Of a stretch of 64,000 bases of DNA, positions 10,315-19,659 are shown one piece after another. Made by a program: the position numbers and the translations under genes. The number at the start of each line of letters is the position of its first letter. Positions within the stretch are counted from its first letter, which is position 1. The stretch lies in the IMG/VR virus record IMGVR_UViG_3300027749_000034. The stretch is one strand, 5' to 3'. The notes beneath the pieces were generated by a model, which worked only from the letters and a program-made list of their open reading frames with translations, was not told the origin of the DNA and ran no database searches. The stretch is from a virus (taxonomy: Duplodnaviria > Caudoviricetes).

Positions 10315-11634
10315 ATGAACACTGAATTTAACCCGCTAGAATTGGCCAAGAAAAGTAGAACCTTCTGTATCCTGCCTTGGATCCATCAATATGTAGGACC
10401 ACCTGGAGATGTCAAGCCCTGCTGTGTATACGAACACAAGGAACAAATTGGCAGTCTCAAACAAAATACACTAAAAGAAATTTGGAACAATGACGCTACG
10501 CGGACCATGCGCCTGAAATTTCTAAACGGTGAAGAAGATGCCAACTGTGGTCGTTGCAACAGCAGAGTTGAATTGGAAGCTGAATTTAAAAATAAATTTA
10601 ACGATGACTTCTTTAAGAACAATCAAGCTGTACACTCAATTGTGGCCGCAACCAATCCTGATGGTAGCCTAGACGAACACAAGTTGATCTACATGGATGT
10701 GCGTTTTAACAATCTATGTAATCTAGGGTGCCGCAGTTGTGGTCCACACTTTAGCACCAGTTGGATTGTGGATAGTCGCAAGCTGTACAACAAGAAGACC
10801 AAAGAATCAATCAATGATGAATTCCAGTTTCCAGGGCAAACAGAAGAACAAGCACTAGAAGAAATGATGCCGCATCTGCCCACAATGAAAAGCATTTATT
10901 TTGCCGGTGGCGAACCATTGATGCAAAAAGAACACTACGAAACACTGAACAAGCTGGTAGAGCTGGGTAATTCGCAATGCGGTATTAGATACAATACAAA
11001 CTTCAGTAAACTGACCCTGGGCAAACATGATGTGATTGAATATTGGAAAAACTTCAAGGATATCAATGTCAATGCCAGTCTGGATGGCAGTTATGCCAAA
11101 GCAGAATACTGGCGTCACGGTACTGTATGGAAGGATGTTGTGGCCAACAGATTGCGAATGCGCGAACAAGCGCCACATGTTAGATTCAACATTGGCTTTA
11201 CGCTCAGTTGGCCCAACGCTCACAACCTGATTGAATTCCACAGAGAATGGGTAGAGCTGGGTTATATTCACCCAGATAACATCTTATTAAATGTTCTAGA
11301 TGGACCAAGCTATTACTCGTTAAAGAATATTCCAGACTGGAAGAAGCATCAAATTGAAAAGCTTTTTAGAGAACAAATGACATGGCTACAGGAACGAGGA
11401 TGCAACAAACAAACCCTGTTCATGTACGAAACAGCTATTGGGTTTATGTGGCAAGTACGCTCACTTGAAACTTATAAGATTACAAACCTGCACGACAGTT
11501 TGAAGAACTTTAGTCGCATTACCAAGAAGCTGGATACAATTCGCGGAGAAGATTTTTGGAAAACATTTCCAGAGCATGCTGATATGCGAGACTACATGAC
11601 CGAGCATGATCTACACGACGAATTTGATTACTAA
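10315..11634 (+). CDS. Radical SAM protein with N-terminal twitch-like domain (#7)
   Basis: CILPW..PCC..CGRC; CNLGCRSC; AGGEP. Confidence 0.9.
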   Translation: MNTEFNPLELAKKSRTFCILPWIHQYVGPPGDVKPCCVYEHKEQIGSLKQNTLKEIWNNDATRTMRLKFLNGEEDANCGRCNSRVELEAEFKNKFNDDFFKNNQAVHSIVAATNPDGSLDEHKLIYMDVRFNNLCNLGCRSCGPHFSTSWIVDSRKLYNKKTKESINDEFQFPGQTEEQALEEMMPHLPTMKSIYFAGGEPLMQKEHYETLNKLVELGNSQCGIRYNTNFSKLTLGKHDVIEYWKNFKDINVNASLDGSYAKAEYWRHGTVWKDVVANRLRMREQAPHVRFNIGFTLSWPNAHNLIEFHREWVELGYIHPDNILLNVLDGPSYYSLKNIPDWKKHQIEKLFREQMTWLQERGCNKQTLFMYETAIGFMWQVRSLETYKITNLHDSLKNFSRITKKLDTIRGEDFWKTFPEHADMRDYMTEHDLHDEFDY

Positions 11635-12887
11635 TGAATGAGCAAAAACTATTTAAAATTCGTCAGGCAACAAGTCCAACATTTTGCTTGGCCAAGTTTC
11701 ACGAAGCAAGTATCTGGGTATACTCAGGCAAGATAGCCAGCTGTCATTATACGCCATTCCTACAGGTTGGCACCACAGTTGACACATTCTACAATCCGCC
11801 AGAAAAACGCAGTCACCAACAGAGTATGCTGGCCGGAGAACAGCCGCCTGCATGCAACAGTTGCTGGCATTTTGAGAATCTTGGCTTGACCAGTGATCGT
11901 ACTCGCAAAAGCCTGGCATTTACGGATCACTTGACAGCAGAGGAATACTTTGATCCTGCTTACAACTTTAAACCAAAAGCATTGGAGTTGGCATTTCAAA
12001 ACACCTGCAACCTGGCCTGTAGCTATTGCAGTCCACAGTTCAGCACCAGCTGGATCAATGATATTCGAACTCGAGGTGTATACACTGGAATCATCACAGA
12101 CGACCGCAAGCACTATCAAAAGGATCTGAGTGAACTGGATGAAATGATTGCGCCCCCAGATATGACATTGTTCTGGCAGTGGTTTGAAACAGTTGCTCCA
12201 GGACTAGAAAGTATTCGTGTCAGTGGTGGTGAACCACTCATGCACGAAGAAGTATTCAAACTGTTTGACCGGATGACCGAAATAAATCCCAATATTGAAT
12301 GTGTCGTACACACTAACCTTTGTCAAAAGCCCGTGGTAATTGAACGCTTCTTAGAAAAAGCCAAGCGATTAAACAACCTGCGTGTCAATGTCAGCAATGA
12401 AAGTGCAGGTGCTGTGGCAGAGTTTATTCGCGAAGGCATGGTCTACGATGAATGGTTGCATAATATGGAATTATTATGCAACAGCAATGTCAGCGTGGCC
12501 ACAGTCAGCACAACCTGTAGCGCAATTAGCCTACAAGCCCTGGATCGAATGTATATTGACATCATTAAAATGCGAGAGCGCACTCGTATTAAACCAGCTG
12601 TCACTATTAATATGGTAGACAAACCAGACTTCCAGGGCTTTGGTTGTTTAAGCAGAGCAGACAGAGACTTTTATATCAAAAAATACACTGCCTTCTATGC
12701 CACGATTCAAAATGATTTACTTCCATTTGAAGTAGAGTACGCTGAACGATTGATTAAAATGTTAGATGCGGGGCTTATTAAAGATAACCAAGCGGCATTG
12801 CGTAAGGATAGCGATACATTCTTTGAACAGTACACACAGCGAAGAAACAAGCCTGTTAACTTTGCACAATTTATAGGCAAAGTATGA
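11634..12887 (+). CDS. Radical SAM protein with N-terminal twitch-like domain (#8)
   Basis: CLAKF..SCHY..CNSCW; CNLACSYC; SGGEP; TAATG coupling. Confidence 0.9.
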   Translation: MNEQKLFKIRQATSPTFCLAKFHEASIWVYSGKIASCHYTPFLQVGTTVDTFYNPPEKRSHQQSMLAGEQPPACNSCWHFENLGLTSDRTRKSLAFTDHLTAEEYFDPAYNFKPKALELAFQNTCNLACSYCSPQFSTSWINDIRTRGVYTGIITDDRKHYQKDLSELDEMIAPPDMTLFWQWFETVAPGLESIRVSGGEPLMHEEVFKLFDRMTEINPNIECVVHTNLCQKPVVIERFLEKAKRLNNLRVNVSNESAGAVAEFIREGMVYDEWLHNMELLCNSNVSVATVSTTCSAISLQALDRMYIDIIKMRERTRIKPAVTINMVDKPDFQGFGCLSRADRDFYIKKYTAFYATIQNDLLPFEVEYAERLIKMLDAGLIKDNQAALRKDSDTFFEQYTQRRNKPVNFAQFIGKV

Positions 12888-13447
12888 TAACAAAATTAGT
12901 TGATCAGTTTCCTAATTTGCTAATCATGGAAGTGCATGATGTTGCCCTTCCGGAGATTAAGTTTGAAGAGTTAGTATACACAGAACCAGACCATCATACC
13001 AATAAAATGTATCCAGGTAAACGATACTATGAGGATTACAAGAATCCTGTTGGTTACAAGGTTAGTTGCCTCTTTAGAGATATAGTGTTTAATTTTATCA
13101 TTCAACCAATGAGAGATGACATGAGATTTAAACCCTATGAACAGTATCTTGGTAACCTTACATTTGGAACACAAATATGTAGAGATGATCCAGGCTGGCA
13201 ACAGCAAATGCACATTGACCAGCCTGTAATATTGTTATCTGGGGTAGTGCATATAACTGATACAATTACACCTACCCATTTTTATGCCAACAGTAATGAT
13301 ACAACGCCAATTTATACAGCACCATCAAAGGCTGGTTCGGGCGCATTCTGGTTAAACCTGCCAAACAGTTGGCATAATGTACCACCTGTAACAGAACAAA
13401 GAAATCACATTATTACATTCGTACAGGTATCAAGAGAAATATGTTAA
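12884..13447 (+). CDS. 2OG-Fe(II) oxygenase-like protein
   Basis: HID...WHNV...R facial-triad-like pattern (HxD...H...R). Confidence 0.65.
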   Translation: MITKLVDQFPNLLIMEVHDVALPEIKFEELVYTEPDHHTNKMYPGKRYYEDYKNPVGYKVSCLFRDIVFNFIIQPMRDDMRFKPYEQYLGNLTFGTQICRDDPGWQQQMHIDQPVILLSGVVHITDTITPTHFYANSNDTTPIYTAPSKAGSGAFWLNLPNSWHNVPPVTEQRNHIITFVQVSREIC

Positions 13448-14367
13448 TTTACAAATACACAGCACCACAGGGCGAAATAAAACAAATTGAAGTTGAATTA
13501 TTAGATAATAAATTTGTCAATGAATGGCAACAATACCTGACTCGTACTGCCGCTAGATTGCCAAGCATATTGTGGAATTTTAGTAGTCATGGTATGGCCA
13601 AACAGTACAAGGCCAATCCAATTCCTTTACTAACTGATTTACATAAGTCATTTGTGTTTTTACAAACTCATCTTGGTATTGACTTTGCTAAAGAAATTGC
13701 AGATTTGGTACACTTACTAGAAGTACCCAACGATTTAACACAGGCACATCTTAATACATGGCATAGACACTTTACCACTGTGGCAACAGAATACTACAGC
13801 GGTCGCATGAAAATACCAGCAGAGGTTAGAGTAGATGAAATGTTCGAACGATTCCATGCATTAAATCAGAATGTACACGATTTAGAGTTTATGACATACC
13901 CGACACTAAGTCGCCGAACAGCCATTGGTGATAAACAACAGTATAGCGCATTCTGTGCCGACGCTAGAGCACTTGAAGGCAGTAATGCGTTGTGGGCCAG
14001 CGGCCACGCAGAAAGTATCACAGACTCGTTTGATCCGGCCACTGAAGAATATCACTATGATGTATGGATCAATGAAGATATACAGGGCAAAGATCATATG
14101 AAGGCCTGGCTAGACGAAGATGACCTATTGGAAACAGATGTGTGGGGCAACAGTTTTATGACTCCGAATGTCATGTTTGATCCTCACATGATATATGCCA
14201 GCATAATTGACAATCCAGCGTTCATGGCCGACTATCAAGCCAGTGCCAAGAAACTGAATCGCTGGCCCTTGGGCAAGATAGTTAACACAGTCGATTGGCC
14301 AAAATTAACCAAGAGCAGGATTAGCTCTATCGTATTAGATAATATTACATTATGGAAAATTCAATGA
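13441..14367 (+). CDS. Hypothetical protein inside the radical SAM operon
   Basis: 308-aa ORF overlapping both neighbours; no family recognised. Confidence 0.75.
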   Translation: MLIYKYTAPQGEIKQIEVELLDNKFVNEWQQYLTRTAARLPSILWNFSSHGMAKQYKANPIPLLTDLHKSFVFLQTHLGIDFAKEIADLVHLLEVPNDLTQAHLNTWHRHFTTVATEYYSGRMKIPAEVRVDEMFERFHALNQNVHDLEFMTYPTLSRRTAIGDKQQYSAFCADARALEGSNALWASGHAESITDSFDPATEEYHYDVWINEDIQGKDHMKAWLDEDDLLETDVWGNSFMTPNVMFDPHMIYASIIDNPAFMADYQASAKKLNRWPLGKIVNTVDWPKLTKSRISSIVLDNITLWKIQ

Positions 14368-15803
14368 AAACAGTGGCATTTGCATTGTATGATCAACTTG
14401 ATCACAAGAATAAAACATACAGAGACCATGTCAGAGCTATTTCTACCTTTGATATTCGTGTCACAATGAACAGGCGCGGTCTAAACAAGCATTCAATTCT
14501 AGAAGGCAACAACATTGATGCATTGATATCACAAGCGTTTGACGCCGGTTACGATTATATCTACCTAATGAACATTGGTTATATCACCAGCGATCATGAC
14601 CTGATCGCAAACATATTGAATTTCGCAGAAGAAAATGAGTATGGATTAGTTGGACATCTATTAGAAGACCAAAAATATTTTAAAGGCCAATCCGAGGGAT
14701 TTTTCCATTTACACACACAAAGCTTTCTTTTAAATCTGCATATATGGAACAATTTTGGTTGTCCACGCTTTGGTGACAAAGGCACAGTACACGATATTAA
14801 AATTGCAGATTACAACAGAAGCGATGAAAACATACACGATGATTATACCCCATTGTGGCTGACACCTGTGGGTGGCCCGCGACCACCAAATTTACAATCA
14901 AATGCCAAAACATACTCGGGCCCGGTCGGGCCCGGTTGGAACTTGATTAATACTTTCCTGACAAATCAATGTGCTGTTGGTAATTTTGATGAATATATTA
15001 GAAGAAAGAAGTCATATCTATATCCAGAAATTGATGACGACAGGTTTGAGCGCATACTGGGTGGCGAGCAAGGAATTACTGTAGAACCCACTGGTCCAAC
15101 TTATGCTCAATGCCATTATCTTAAAGAAACAGACTTTACCAATGTGACAGGCGCAGTATTTGTTTTTAATAACGACAGCATGGAATTAGAAAGAATTAAG
15201 TATTCTCCGACGACACGACTGGGCACATTGTATGCTGTGGCCGCTGGTTTTAAACCTTTACAGTTGCTAAGCCAAGTTGATTGTGATACGGCCCGAGTAG
15301 TGTACATTGACTACAGCCAAGACGCATTAAACTATCGCCAATGGTTAGTTGATAACTGGGACGGTGTTGATTATATGCAGGCCATAGAACAGTACCGACA
15401 AGTAAATCCCAACTTTGATCCAATTTGGCTGCCTGGTCGTCAACAACAGTATCCACAAGAATGGGCAAATACACTTGATTTATTTGGTGGCCAACAACAA
15501 TGGTTAAAGTTTTGGAACAAGTACAAGGCACTGGAGCATGGGTATATTAAAACCAATTTAATAAATGAATATTCGGCCATGCTTGCGGACATGAAACAAA
15601 ATCCTGGTAATAATATGATTTGGATCAGCAACAGCTTCCACACTCCTGCGACAATTAGAAACTTTGCACCAGGCTTATTACAGGACAGCTGGGACGACTT
15701 TCTAAAATCTGTAGTTGACAACAATGTATGTGTACAAATGGTTGGATATGATCACATCGGCGGATATCAAACTCGATTACATGGTAAAATACAATATGAA
15801 TGA
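14364..15803 (+). CDS. Hypothetical two-domain protein (possible GT-A-like N-terminus, Rossmann/methyltransferase-like C-terminus)
   Basis: ORF is solid; the domain guess rests on GYDYIYLMNIG and on LYAVAAGFKP...VVYIDYS, and is weak. Confidence 0.55.
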   Translation: MKTVAFALYDQLDHKNKTYRDHVRAISTFDIRVTMNRRGLNKHSILEGNNIDALISQAFDAGYDYIYLMNIGYITSDHDLIANILNFAEENEYGLVGHLLEDQKYFKGQSEGFFHLHTQSFLLNLHIWNNFGCPRFGDKGTVHDIKIADYNRSDENIHDDYTPLWLTPVGGPRPPNLQSNAKTYSGPVGPGWNLINTFLTNQCAVGNFDEYIRRKKSYLYPEIDDDRFERILGGEQGITVEPTGPTYAQCHYLKETDFTNVTGAVFVFNNDSMELERIKYSPTTRLGTLYAVAAGFKPLQLLSQVDCDTARVVYIDYSQDALNYRQWLVDNWDGVDYMQAIEQYRQVNPNFDPIWLPGRQQQYPQEWANTLDLFGGQQQWLKFWNKYKALEHGYIKTNLINEYSAMLADMKQNPGNNMIWISNSFHTPATIRNFAPGLLQDSWDDFLKSVVDNNVCVQMVGYDHIGGYQTRLHGKIQYE

Positions 15804-16509
15804 ACAGATTGTTGAATTTTTTGCTGACACGCCCTGGACTTTTAATTTTAAAGAACAGGCAGTTCCTGCATTCGATTCCGACAGGGAACTGGTGCAGTGG
15901 CTGATATACAAAAGCGGCTGGCCATACCTGCCATTGGAATTGCCCGGCGCACCTTATGCAGATATGCTGGCAGAAGCCGCGGCATTAGAGGACTTGTATA
16001 TTGCACATAGAAGTTATGGCAGTCCTGGCTGGAGAAGCATTTGCTTACACGGCGAAGCTTGGGACAAGACTGATTATTATACTGCCTACCCTGAAAATGC
16101 AGGCCGTAATGCTAATGAAATTATATATAAATGGACAGAAATTGCAGAACGCTGTCCTGTCACTACCAAATACTTTAAAGACGAATTTCCCAACCACAAT
16201 TATCAGCGATTACGATACATGTGGCTGGATCCGCAGGGCTACATTGAACCACATCAAGACAGGACAGAACATTTCTTATCCCCAATCAATGTGGCATTAA
16301 ACAATCCAGACGGGTGTGTTTTTAGAATGAAAGGTCATGGTGATGTCCCTTTTAAAGATTCGGGCAATGCTTGCCTAGTAGACGTTGGTCGCATACATAG
16401 TGTATGGAACAACAGTTCCGAGCCCAGGATACACATGATATCGCATGGTGCACCTTCCGCTACATTTGACAAAATAGTAGCAGACAGCCTGAGAGCCGCA
16501 CTTAAATGA
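15796..16509 (+). CDS. Aspartyl/asparaginyl beta-hydroxylase-like 2OG-Fe(II) oxygenase
   Basis: RLRYMWLDPQGYIEPHQD...PINVAL...IHSVWNNSSEPRIHMI. Confidence 0.8.
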   Translation: MNEQIVEFFADTPWTFNFKEQAVPAFDSDRELVQWLIYKSGWPYLPLELPGAPYADMLAEAAALEDLYIAHRSYGSPGWRSICLHGEAWDKTDYYTAYPENAGRNANEIIYKWTEIAERCPVTTKYFKDEFPNHNYQRLRYMWLDPQGYIEPHQDRTEHFLSPINVALNNPDGCVFRMKGHGDVPFKDSGNACLVDVGRIHSVWNNSSEPRIHMISHGAPSATFDKIVADSLRAALK

Positions 16510-17672
16510 TATATGACCTGACAAAGATACGCAGAGTACAGATAGAATTATCCAGCAGGTGCAATGCCAGCTGTCCTGCATGCAGTCGCAACTACAGCGG
16601 CGGTCCAGTTGTAGCTGGTTTTGAACAGGTTGATCTAAGTACCAACGACATGCGGACATTTTTCTCTCCAGAAATAATTAAAAATATAGAACACATCAAC
16701 TATTGTGGCAATTTAGGTGATCCGGGCATAGTCAAAGACTTACCCGACACTTTATTGTATTTTAAAGTGCATGGCAATAAAAATTTAAAGCAGGTGGTGC
16801 GGACCAACGGTGGCATGCGTGGCACCGAGCATTGGGCCAAGATTGCCCAACTGTTGCCCAAGCCCAATATCAAGCCAGAATTTGCATTCACCAACAGCGG
16901 AGTGGTGTTTGGAGTCGACGGATTAGAAGACACCAATCACATTTATCGACGCGGTGTTGTGTGGAACAAGGTCTGGGCCAATATGAAAGCATACAGCGAA
17001 GCAGGTGGGTATGGTATTTGGGAGTATTTGATTTTTGATCACAATAAACATCAAGTTGATGAAGCTCGAGCATTGGCCGACACACTGGGCTTTACTTTTA
17101 TTCTTAAAACTCCACTGGGGTTCGGCGAAAATGAGGGAATTCAACGAGCACTGAATGTGCATGACAAAAATGGAGATTACGAATATTCTATTTGGCCGCA
17201 TGACTTTGCAGGCGAAAAAATAATACCCAAAGCGCATAAGACATTTAAGATCAGTTCTATTGTTGGAACAGTTCCGATACTAAGCGAATACAGTAGACAA
17301 TTGGGCAAGGAATCTATAATCAAATGTAAATCATTTGAATATCCAGAACATCAGGAAATTTTTATATCGGCCAGCGGGCATTTGTTGCCCTGCTGTTACC
17401 TTGGCGGCGCATTTGGTCAAAAAAATACCAGTTATGCAAGATATCAATTCAATGAAAAAATTGATAAAACAGGATTAGATGAATTTGACCTTAGAAAACA
17501 CAGCCTGGTTGACATATTGTCCGGCCCCAAATTCAACAACTTCTTCGACGAAGCTTGGAACAAAGATACTGTGGAAAATGGTAAAATGTTATTTTGTGCT
17601 GAAGTATGTGGTCAAAAGAGTTCGCATGATAAAATATACACAAAAGGAACAACTAATGGTCCAACAGTATAA
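16506..17672 (+). CDS. Radical SAM protein with C-terminal SPASM/twitch-like domain (#9)
   Basis: CNASCPAC near the N-terminus; C-terminal C...ISASGHLLPCCY...CAEVC. Confidence 0.88.
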   Translation: MIYDLTKIRRVQIELSSRCNASCPACSRNYSGGPVVAGFEQVDLSTNDMRTFFSPEIIKNIEHINYCGNLGDPGIVKDLPDTLLYFKVHGNKNLKQVVRTNGGMRGTEHWAKIAQLLPKPNIKPEFAFTNSGVVFGVDGLEDTNHIYRRGVVWNKVWANMKAYSEAGGYGIWEYLIFDHNKHQVDEARALADTLGFTFILKTPLGFGENEGIQRALNVHDKNGDYEYSIWPHDFAGEKIIPKAHKTFKISSIVGTVPILSEYSRQLGKESIIKCKSFEYPEHQEIFISASGHLLPCCYLGGAFGQKNTSYARYQFNEKIDKTGLDEFDLRKHSLVDILSGPKFNNFFDEAWNKDTVENGKMLFCAEVCGQKSSHDKIYTKGTTNGPTV

Positions 17673-17675
17673 ATA
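17668..17675 (+). promoter_or_regulatory. T4-type late promoter TATAAATA
   Basis: Exact T4 late consensus upstream of the nuclease gene. Confidence 0.55.
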
Positions 17676-17696
17676 TAGCTTTAAAGAACCTTATAA

Positions 17697-18512
17697 ATGA
17701 AAAAAATTATTATATCAGCATTGTTTCTTTGCTCCACATTGAGTCACGCTTGGGAACAAAGACCACCACTACCACCACAGGCATGTGCAGTACATGCACC
17801 CTATGGATTCCCACAAACAGCAGGTGTACAACCCATTTGCCGCCAGGCTTACCTGGTAGGTTATGATGCCGCTGCCAAACTACCAAAATATGTCACATAT
17901 GAACTGTTGCCGCAGAATGCACTAGGTTGCGTTGCCCGCACAAATGCATTTGTGCAAGATCAAAGCATACAAAATGGACCACGCCCAGATGACTATGCGG
18001 CCACCGGTTACGACAAAGGACACATGAGTCCTGACGGTGATTTGTCGTGGGATGTGCAAGTTGAGTTTGAGTCATTCCTAATGACCAACATGAGTCCACA
18101 AGCAGGAAGTTTAAATCGCGGAATTTGGAAACTATTAGAAACTAGTGTGCGTGGATGGGCAGTTCAACTTAATCAACCCTTTACAATTTATGTTGGCGGC
18201 GTTTACAATGCTCAAGACAAGAAGATTGGTAATGGTGTAGTTGTTCCGCACGGCTTCTACAAAATTGTCATCAACAATGCCACAAAACAAACAGCAGGAT
18301 GGGCATTTCCCCATGTTGCACCTTACCCAAATTTAGGAAATGATTTGACTAAATATCGTATGCCTGTAGCACAGATAATGCAAACGGCAGGGGTAAATTT
18401 TGCTTTCCCACCAGGGGCAGTCGAACTTGCACCCGGACAGGAATGGCCAGTTGATTTTGGTATGTTAACCAATGCGAAACGGGCAAAATGTGGTGCTAGC
18501 GCATCACCTTAA
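17697..18512 (+). CDS. DNA/RNA non-specific endonuclease (NucA/EndoG-like) with signal peptide
   Basis: YDKGHM motif, MTNMSPQ..LNRGIWKLLE, VVVPHGFYK; hydrophobic N-terminus ending SHA. Confidence 0.9.
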   Translation: MKKIIISALFLCSTLSHAWEQRPPLPPQACAVHAPYGFPQTAGVQPICRQAYLVGYDAAAKLPKYVTYELLPQNALGCVARTNAFVQDQSIQNGPRPDDYAATGYDKGHMSPDGDLSWDVQVEFESFLMTNMSPQAGSLNRGIWKLLETSVRGWAVQLNQPFTIYVGGVYNAQDKKIGNGVVVPHGFYKIVINNATKQTAGWAFPHVAPYPNLGNDLTKYRMPVAQIMQTAGVNFAFPPGAVELAPGQEWPVDFGMLTNAKRAKCGASASP

Positions 18513-18528
18513 CTTAAGGATTAATAAA

Positions 18529-18768
18529 ATGTCAAATTGGACCAAAAACGGTGAACCAACAACTTACGAAGCATTGCTTTCTGTATTCTTAGTATACGAA
18601 GAAAACATGCCCGAAGATGATAGAGAAAAATGCAGAGCCGCCAAAGATGCTGTGATGGCAGTTGAAGGCGATGGCAAGGCAATTATGCCACAAGATGACC
18701 CGGCCAAACAAGTTTGGCAAATGTACTTTGGCAGTTGGATGGACGCCAATGGCGTTAAATTTGAATAA
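18529..18768 (+). CDS. Hypothetical protein
   Basis: TAAGGA SD; ATG at 18529. Confidence 0.6.
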   Translation: MSNWTKNGEPTTYEALLSVFLVYEENMPEDDREKCRAAKDAVMAVEGDGKAIMPQDDPAKQVWQMYFGSWMDANGVKFE

Positions 18769-18784
18769 GATTTAATTTAATAAA

Positions 18785-18812
18785 AAGAAATGGGCTTCGG
18801 CCCATTTCTTTT
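18785..18812 (+). terminator. Intrinsic terminator (possibly bidirectional)
   Basis: AAAGAAATGGGC-TTCG-GCCCATTTCTTT. Confidence 0.85.
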
Positions 18813-18816
18813 GACC

Positions 18817-18824
18817 TATAAGTA
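18817..18824 (+). promoter_or_regulatory. Late promoter-like motif TATAAGTA
   Basis: Follows the terminator, 5 nt before ATG 18830; same layout as 2161. Confidence 0.55.
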
Positions 18825-18829
18825 GTTGC

Positions 18830-19555
18830 ATGGATGCATACATTTTACTACATGGCAAACACAGCGGCAATAGAGAAAATCATACACTTTTTCAGCTGAG
18901 CAATGAGTTATTAGAACATGGGCTGGTTGATTATCAGGCCTACGCCTGGAGTGAATTGGATAACAAATGCTATCATAATAGATTTGAAACTTGTAAAGAT
19001 CAAATTGATTCGGCCATTGTTGATTTAAAATCTCAAGGTGCTACCAGAATATTTTTAATTGGGCACAGCATGGGAGCCAATGCGGCTCTGTATTATATTT
19101 CTCAACAGGTCAATTCAGTTGACGGTGTTGTGCTATTATCGCCTGCACACAATGTGCATTTGCCCATGTTTGCCAAAATACACAGTTGGAGTGTAGCACA
19201 TGCCAAAAACATGATTGACGCCGAGTCGGGCGATGTTGAATCACATTTTGCAGACTACGACAGCAACGGATCCATTGTGGTATTAAAATGCACAGCGGCA
19301 AATTATTATTCGATGCTGAATCCTGAAGGTCCTGCCAACATGCGAACCAGTGTGGAAAATCTAAATTGGCCTGCCAATGTGTTGGTCATCAGTGGCGAAA
19401 GAGATATCACACAAAAACTTTTCTTTGAATCAATTTATTTGAATTTAAAAATCAAATCAAACAAAAACAAATATGTGCTGATTCCCGACGGCACACATGT
19501 TGGTGTGGCCAGAACCAAACTCACAAAAATTCTAAATTGGATCGACACTTTGTAA
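18830..19555 (+). CDS. Alpha/beta hydrolase
   Basis: GHSMG nucleophile elbow; late Asp (ERD) and His (GTH). Confidence 0.8.
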   Translation: MDAYILLHGKHSGNRENHTLFQLSNELLEHGLVDYQAYAWSELDNKCYHNRFETCKDQIDSAIVDLKSQGATRIFLIGHSMGANAALYYISQQVNSVDGVVLLSPAHNVHLPMFAKIHSWSVAHAKNMIDAESGDVESHFADYDSNGSIVVLKCTAANYYSMLNPEGPANMRTSVENLNWPANVLVISGERDITQKLFFESIYLNLKIKSNKNKYVLIPDGTHVGVARTKLTKILNWIDTL

Positions 19556-19659
19556 TCCTTTAAATTGGGTTATTTCTCTATCAAAAGTCATTTAAAGTAC
19601 CACTTAACTGGTAGTTTAGAAGTATAAAAATCAGAATCGCCGCATACGGTATCGCTAGA

